From Candidatus Aminicenantes bacterium (GTDB lineage Bacteria > Acidobacteriota > Aminicenantia > Aminicenantales > JAFGBC01): a stretch of 64,000 nt of DNA. The position numbers and the translations under genes are program-made. The notes under the pieces were generated by a model that did no database searches, had not been told where the DNA came from, and was given only the letters and a program-made list of their open reading frames with translations. Numbering within the stretch: the stretch's first letter is position 1; the number at the start of each line of letters is the position of its first letter. The stretch lies in assembly GCA_963702005.1 (NCBI GenBank), contig OY969696.1:2304001-2368000 (forward strand), written 5' to 3'. Shown here piece by piece: positions 57,624-64,000 of the stretch.

Positions 57624-59221
57624 CCCTGGATTGCCGATAGGCGGCCCCTGTTCAAGCATAAAGTCTCCTGGTATAAGGAGTTTGAGAGAACTCATGCCCT
57701 CACCCGGTGGGTGAAGGACCTTAACCAGGAGGGTATTTTTATGATAACGCAAGGGATCTTGCCGTTCAAGCTCGAACGGACCGACGAACTCATCACGCCG
57801 AGAAGCGGGCTGGCGCTGTTCGCCGAAGTCGTCCGGACGCTTAAGGTTCGGGACAAGGTAAGATCGTACTTTCCCCGGCCGGGCTCGAACCGGGGCTACG
57901 AGGCTTGGGCCTATATTGAGCCGCTGCTTCTGATGCTGGAGGGCGGCGGGCGGCATGTCGAGGACCTGCGGGAGATCCGGGACGACGCGGCGTTGAGACG
58001 GATCATCGGGCTGCGGCGGATGCCGTCGCTGTCGACGTTCGGGGACTGGCTGGTCAGGATGGGACGGAGAGGGGTTCGGGCAGTCGTCCGGGTTGGGGAG
58101 GAGACGGCGGAGGCGATCGGGAAGCGGATCGCGACGCCGGATGACACGCTGGATATTGACGGGACGGTGATCGAGTCGGAAAAACGGGCGGCGCAGTGGA
58201 CCTATAAGAAGGTCAGGGGGTACCAACCGATCCTGGGCTTCCTGGCGGAGACGGGGGTCTGTGTGAGCCACGAGTTTCGGGAAGGGCATATCCCCGGCCA
58301 CAGCGGCGCGTTGAAGTTCCTGAAGAGGTGTCTGCGGCTGTGTCCCGGGATTAAGCGCCTGCGGTCCGACAGCGCCTTCTACCAGGCGGATGTCATCAAC
58401 TGGTGTCAGGAGCAAGGGATCGGGTATGCGATCACGGCCGACCAAAACGCTGCGATTAAAGAGGTTATCCCGACGGTGCGGGACTGGAAGCCATTGCCGG
58501 GCGAGGCGACGGACCGGGAGGTGGGCACCGCGATCTATGCGTTGACGAAAGGCCGGGAGCCGTTGCGGTTGGTCCTCCAACGCTGGCGCGATCCGCAGCT
58601 GACTTTGTTCGCGCCTCAGGGCTATTGTTATCACATCCTCGCCACCAACCGGGACGAGCTGACGGCCGAAGAGGTCGTCCGCTTCCATAATCAACGCGGC
58701 CAGGCTGAGAACCTGATCAAGGAGGTCAAGATCGGGTTCGGGATGGAGCAGATGACGAGCGGCGACTTCGCCGCCAACGCTCTCTGGTTCGCCCTCGGCC
58801 TCTTGGCTTATAACTTGACCCAGGCCCAGAAGCTCCTCTTTTTGGATCCGGACTGGAAGACGAAAACGATCGCCACGATTCGCTGGCAGCTGATCGAAGT
58901 CGCTGGCCGCCTGGTGCGCCACGGCCGAAGGTTTGTCCTCCGCTTGGCCGTCTCCCGCGAGAAGTTCGCGCTCCTCTTCCGCATGCGCCATCTTATCTCA
59001 GCCTTCACCTAACAGCCTGTTCGGCGAAGCTCCAACGCTTAATTCCCCCGCGCCCCTCGGCTCAGGCGAGGTCCACTTAAAAAAGCCCCCTAGGACCAAC
59101 TCGGAGTCGGACACCCTTCGTCCGATCCGCGCTGCGCTTGCTCATGCCCCTTTCCACTGTCGCGAAGACTCCCCAGGACCCAAAAATATCAAATCAAAAA
59201 ATCTCTAATGGCAATTTTGGG
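57624..59221 (+). mobile_element. IS1380 family element
   Basis: Ends CCCTGGATTGCC / GGCAATTTTGGG flanked by TCGCGA on both sides. Confidence 0.8.
57741..59012 (+). CDS. IS1380 family DDE transposase
   Basis: LDIDGT, GYQP, LRSDSAF, H.QRG.AENLIKE.K, F.AN. Confidence 0.92.
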   Translation: MITQGILPFKLERTDELITPRSGLALFAEVVRTLKVRDKVRSYFPRPGSNRGYEAWAYIEPLLLMLEGGGRHVEDLREIRDDAALRRIIGLRRMPSLSTFGDWLVRMGRRGVRAVVRVGEETAEAIGKRIATPDDTLDIDGTVIESEKRAAQWTYKKVRGYQPILGFLAETGVCVSHEFREGHIPGHSGALKFLKRCLRLCPGIKRLRSDSAFYQADVINWCQEQGIGYAITADQNAAIKEVIPTVRDWKPLPGEATDREVGTAIYALTKGREPLRLVLQRWRDPQLTLFAPQGYCYHILATNRDELTAEEVVRFHNQRGQAENLIKEVKIGFGMEQMTSGDFAANALWFALGLLAYNLTQAQKLLFLDPDWKTKTIATIRWQLIEVAGRLVRHGRRFVLRLAVSREKFALLFRMRHLISAFT

Positions 59222-59226
59222 TCGCG

Positions 59227-59251
59227 AATTAAGTCGTGTGTCCCCGGAATT
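59227..59251 (-). repeat. Solo copy of RAYT-flanking repeat
   Basis: AATTAAGTCGTGTGTCCCCGGAATT, 24/25 to 23179-23203. Confidence 0.9.
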
Positions 59252-59330
59252 GACCGGGGAGAGGGGCTGTGCTATATCTAAGGACGGTCCGACGCCTCCG
59301 CGCCGGTCCTATCGTCCCATGGAGATTTCA

Positions 59331-60606
59331 ATGGCCCGAGTCCGTTTTGCGCCCAGCCCGACCGGATTCCTCCACGTCGGGAGCGCGCGGACGGCCGTCT
59401 TCAACTGGCTGTTCGCCCGCCGCTACGGCGGACGCTTCCTGCTCCGGATCGAGGACACCGATCAAAAGAGGTCCGAGGCGCGCTATCTCGAAGAGATCCT
59501 CAAGGACCTGCGCTGGCTGGGGATCGATTGGGACGAGGAGCCCGTCTTCCAGAGCCGGCGCTTCGACGTCTACCGGGCCAAGGCCGAGGAGCTTATCGCC
59601 GCGGGCCAAGCTTACCGAGAAGGGGAGGCCGTCCTGTTCCGGGTCGAGAAAGGGCGGACGATCGAATACAAGGACATGATCCACGGCTCGATCGCCTGGC
59701 AGACGGACGACATCAAGGACCAGGTCTTGATCAAGTCCGACGGCTCCCCCTCTTACAACTTCGCCTGCGTCGTGGACGACTCGTTCATGGGGATCAGCCA
59801 TATCCTGCGCGGCGACGATCACATCTCGAACACGCCCAAGCAGATCCTGCTCTACGAGGCCTTCGGCCTCCGGCCCCCCGAGTTCGGGCACATGCCGCTC
59901 ATCCTGGGACCGGACGGTTCCAAGCTCTCCAAGCGCCACGGCGGAGTGTCCGTCGAGGAGTACAAGGGCGAAGGGTTCCTTCCCCAAGCTCTGGCCAACT
60001 ACCTGTTTCTGTTGGGCTGGTCGCCCGGCGAAGGGCGCGAGGTCCTGACCCTGGGCGAGGCGGTCAAGATCTTCGAGGTCTCGGCCATGAACGCCGTCCA
60101 GGCTAAGTTCGATGTCCAGAAGCTCCGCTGGTTCAACGCCGAATACATCATGAAGGCCGAGGCGGACGAGCTCTTGCCCCTTCTCAGGACCCAGCTCCTC
60201 GAGGCCGGCACCGAACTCGCGCCCTACGACGACGCCTATATCGGCCGGGTTCTCGATCTTTATCGGATTCGGATCAAGACGCTCCGCGAGTTCCCGGCCA
60301 TGACCGAATATTTCTTCCGGGACGATTTCGCCGCCGAAGACGAGGGCAAGGTTCTTCTCGCGGACGCCGTCAACCGGGAGCGGATCGCCCTCCTGGCCGG
60401 CCGCCTCGAGAGCGTCGACCCGTTCGGCCGCGAAGCCCTCGAGAAGCTCTTCCGGGAAACGGCCGCCGAGCTCGGGATCAAGTCCGGCCAGCTCATCCAT
60501 CCCGTCCGGATGGCCGTCAGCGGCCGGAGCAAGGGGGCGGGACTGTTCGAGATGATGGAAGTCCTGGGGAAGGCCGTCGTCCTTCGCCGACTGAGGAGAG
60601 TCGCTC

Positions 60607-60629
<23 letters not shown>
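59331..60629 (+). CDS. gltX: Glutamate--tRNA ligase
   Basis: [23 protein letters not shown]; upstream promoter TTGACC-N17-TATATC. Confidence 0.95.
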
Positions 60630-62294
<1,665 letters not shown>

Positions 62295-62295
<1 letters not shown>

Positions 62296-62322
62296 ATAAT
62301 TCTGGGGACACACGACTTAATT
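62295..62322 (+). repeat. Solo copy of RAYT-flanking repeat
   Basis: 28/28 identical to 22401-22428. Confidence 0.92.
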
Positions 62323-62447
62323 CGAAGGGGCTTTGTGATGAGGATTCCTCGCTGGGGAATCCGAAGTGCGCCTTCGAGTCGACTATCCCGAACCCCTTCG
62401 GCTTGCCTTTCGGGGCGATTTAGGCTATAAAAGAGTCCAATCCGGGC

Positions 62448-62523
62448 GCGGCTGTAGCTCAGCGGATAGAGCATCGGCCTCCGGAGCCGAGGGTCGGAGG
62501 TTCGAATCCTCTCAGCCGCGCCA
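62448..62523 (+). tRNA. tRNA-Arg(CCG)
   Basis: Acceptor GCGGCTG/CAGCCGC, anticodon arm TCGGC-CT-CCG-GA-GCCGA, GGTTCGAATCC, CCA; promoter TTGCCT-N17-TATAAA. Confidence 0.96.
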
Positions 62524-62539
62524 GACGTTCCTGGCTCGC

Positions 62540-63559
62540 ATGACCAACAAGAAACGGATCCTGGCCTCGCTCGCGATATTCGCCTCCATCATCGTCATCG
62601 GGGCGGCCGGCTTCAAAATCCTGGGGGGGCGGGACTGGAGCCTGCTCGACGCCCTCTACATGACCGTCATCACCGTCGCAACGATCGGCTACGGCGAGGT
62701 CCACGACCTCAGCGCCAACCCGGCCGCCCGCGTTTTCGGGCTCGTCTTCATCGTCCTCAGCCTGGGGACGATCGCCTACGCCGTCTCCTCGATCACGGCC
62801 TTCGTCATCGAAGGCGAGCTCAAGAACCTGCTCGGGAGAAGAAAAATGGACAAGGCCATCGCTAAGCTCAAGGGTCACTACATCGTCTGCGGCGGCGACG
62901 AGACCGCCCGGACCATCGTCCGGGAGCTCCGGCAGACCAAACGGAGCTTCGTCGTCGTCGAGCCCGCCCGGGAGAGGATCGAGCGCATGGCCGAGGCAGG
63001 GTCGGTCCTCTCCATTCAGGGCGATCCCGCCGAGGACGGGGTCCTGGTTAAAGCCGGGATCGAGCGGGCGAAAGGGATTTTCCTTTGTCTGGCCACGGAC
63101 GAGGCCAACCTGTTCGCCGCCATCACCGCGCGCGGCCTCAACCCTGGGCTCAAGATCAGCGCCAAGGGCGTCGACGTCCGCTCCGAAGCCAAGATAAAAA
63201 AGGCGGGGGCGGACTATGTCGTTGCGCCGGCCTTCATCGGCGGGATGCGGATGGTCTCGGAGATGGTCCGGCCGGCGGCCGTGACCTTCCTGGACTTGAT
63301 GCTTCGCGACCGGGAGAAGGGCCTCCGCGTCGAGGAGATGGCTGTTCTGGCCGGGTCCCGCCTGATCGGAAAGACCGTGGCCCAGGCCAAAATAGGGGAG
63401 AGGACCGGAGCCCTGTTGGTGGCCTTGCGCAGGGAGGAGAGCCGGGATTACGACTTCAACCCGGCGCCCGATGTGCGCCTCAAGAAAGGCGATGTCCTGA
63501 TCCTCATGGCCAGTCCCGGGATGCTCCAGCGCATCGAGAAGTTCGTTCATGAGGGTTGA
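62540..63559 (+). CDS. Potassium channel with RCK (TrkA-N/C) domains
   Basis: Filter TIGYG, two TM segments, TrkA domains. Confidence 0.9.
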   Translation: MTNKKRILASLAIFASIIVIGAAGFKILGGRDWSLLDALYMTVITVATIGYGEVHDLSANPAARVFGLVFIVLSLGTIAYAVSSITAFVIEGELKNLLGRRKMDKAIAKLKGHYIVCGGDETARTIVRELRQTKRSFVVVEPARERIERMAEAGSVLSIQGDPAEDGVLVKAGIERAKGIFLCLATDEANLFAAITARGLNPGLKISAKGVDVRSEAKIKKAGADYVVAPAFIGGMRMVSEMVRPAAVTFLDLMLRDREKGLRVEEMAVLAGSRLIGKTVAQAKIGERTGALLVALRREESRDYDFNPAPDVRLKKGDVLILMASPGMLQRIEKFVHEG

Positions 63560-63613
63560 CGGCTAAAGGTTTGACAACACCGGCCGGTTTGACTAAACTA
63601 TGTCCGTTTTTTC

Positions 63614-63686
63614 GGCCCGTTAGCTCAATAGGTAGAGCAGCGGACTCTTAATCCGCGGGTTGTAGGTTCGAGTCCTACACGGGTCA
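63614..63686 (+). tRNA. tRNA-Lys(CTT)
   Basis: GGCCCGT/ACGGGTC, GCGGA-CT-CTT-AA-TCCGC, GGTTCGAGTCC; no encoded CCA; promoter TTGACA-N17-TAAACT. Confidence 0.95.
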
Positions 63687-63835
63687 TTTACTTTTTCCCA
63701 GATTATTCAATCACTTACCCTGATTTTCGTTTTTAGCCTGAGTCATCTAAACTGAGCTATTTTTAGGGGTTTTGTCCACACCGTGTCCACACGGGATTGC
63801 AAAGGTCTGGGAAAATTCGATAGGAACGCTAGCCG

Positions 63836-63878
63836 GTCACGCCGGAGGTCGCGAGTTCAAGTCTCGTCGGCCCCGCCA
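63836..63878 (+). pseudogene. 3' half of tRNA-Asp(GTC)
   Basis: GTCACGCCGGAGGTCGCGAGTTCAAGTCTCGTCGGCCCCGCCA; no matching 5' acceptor strand upstream. Confidence 0.75.
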
Positions 63879-63912
63879 CTTTTCCTTGATAATCCGGTTC
63901 TTCCCAAACGAT

Positions 63913-63955
63913 GCGCCCGCAGCTCAGTGGATAGAGCGCTGGACTTCGAATCTAA
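63913..63955 (+). pseudogene. 5' half of tRNA-Arg(TCG)
   Basis: GCGCCCGCAGCTCAGTGGATAGAGCGCTGGACTTCGAATCTA, then no T-arm or acceptor 3' strand. Confidence 0.7.
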
Positions 63956-64000
63956 TACGGCCGGTTTCCCTTTCTTTACGGATTTCTCCATGGTCGATCG

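Noticed and set aside
50002-59221. Composite transposon between the two IS elements
   Set aside because: Different IS families and mechanisms; intervening genes have host-like composition.
63773-63792. DnaA boxes / replication origin
   Set aside because: Only two TGTCCACA-like copies and no dnaA context; integrase arm sites are more plausible.
63836-63955. Permuted or split tRNA
   Set aside because: The halves carry different anticodons and their acceptor strands (CGGCCCC vs GCGCCCG) do not pair.

Overview
A 64-kb chromosomal window from a high-GC diderm bacterium; gene content is suggestive of Ca. Aminicenantes/Acidobacteriota, but that is inference only. Bases 1-21 kb are a Wzy-type exopolysaccharide/glycosylation locus with an AT-rich left end. 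Next come rsmD, a RAYT-like HUH transposase between perfect 28-bp inverted repeats (two further solo copies bracket gltX-glnS), rpmE-prfA-prmC, an HD-GYP regulator and an orphan hutU. At 30.9-34.3 kb is the best candidate for an undescribed system: a consensus sigma-54 promoter with upstream repeats, a Sec-exported 74-aa peptide with a glycocin-like (CX6C)2 scaffold, a strong hairpin, then a beta-propeller, a CxxC thioredoxin and an ABC transporter. Further on are pfkA, several secreted beta-propellers (two tandem paralogs with hypervariable loops), a Cys-rich MarR-hgcA-hgcB mercury-methylation operon, an IS1111-type element with readable bridge/seek-RNA guides, an IS1380 element, gltX-glnS, tRNA-Arg(CCG), a K+ channel, tRNA-Lys(CTT) and two tRNA fragments at the right edge. 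All calls were made by eye from motifs; no searches were run.
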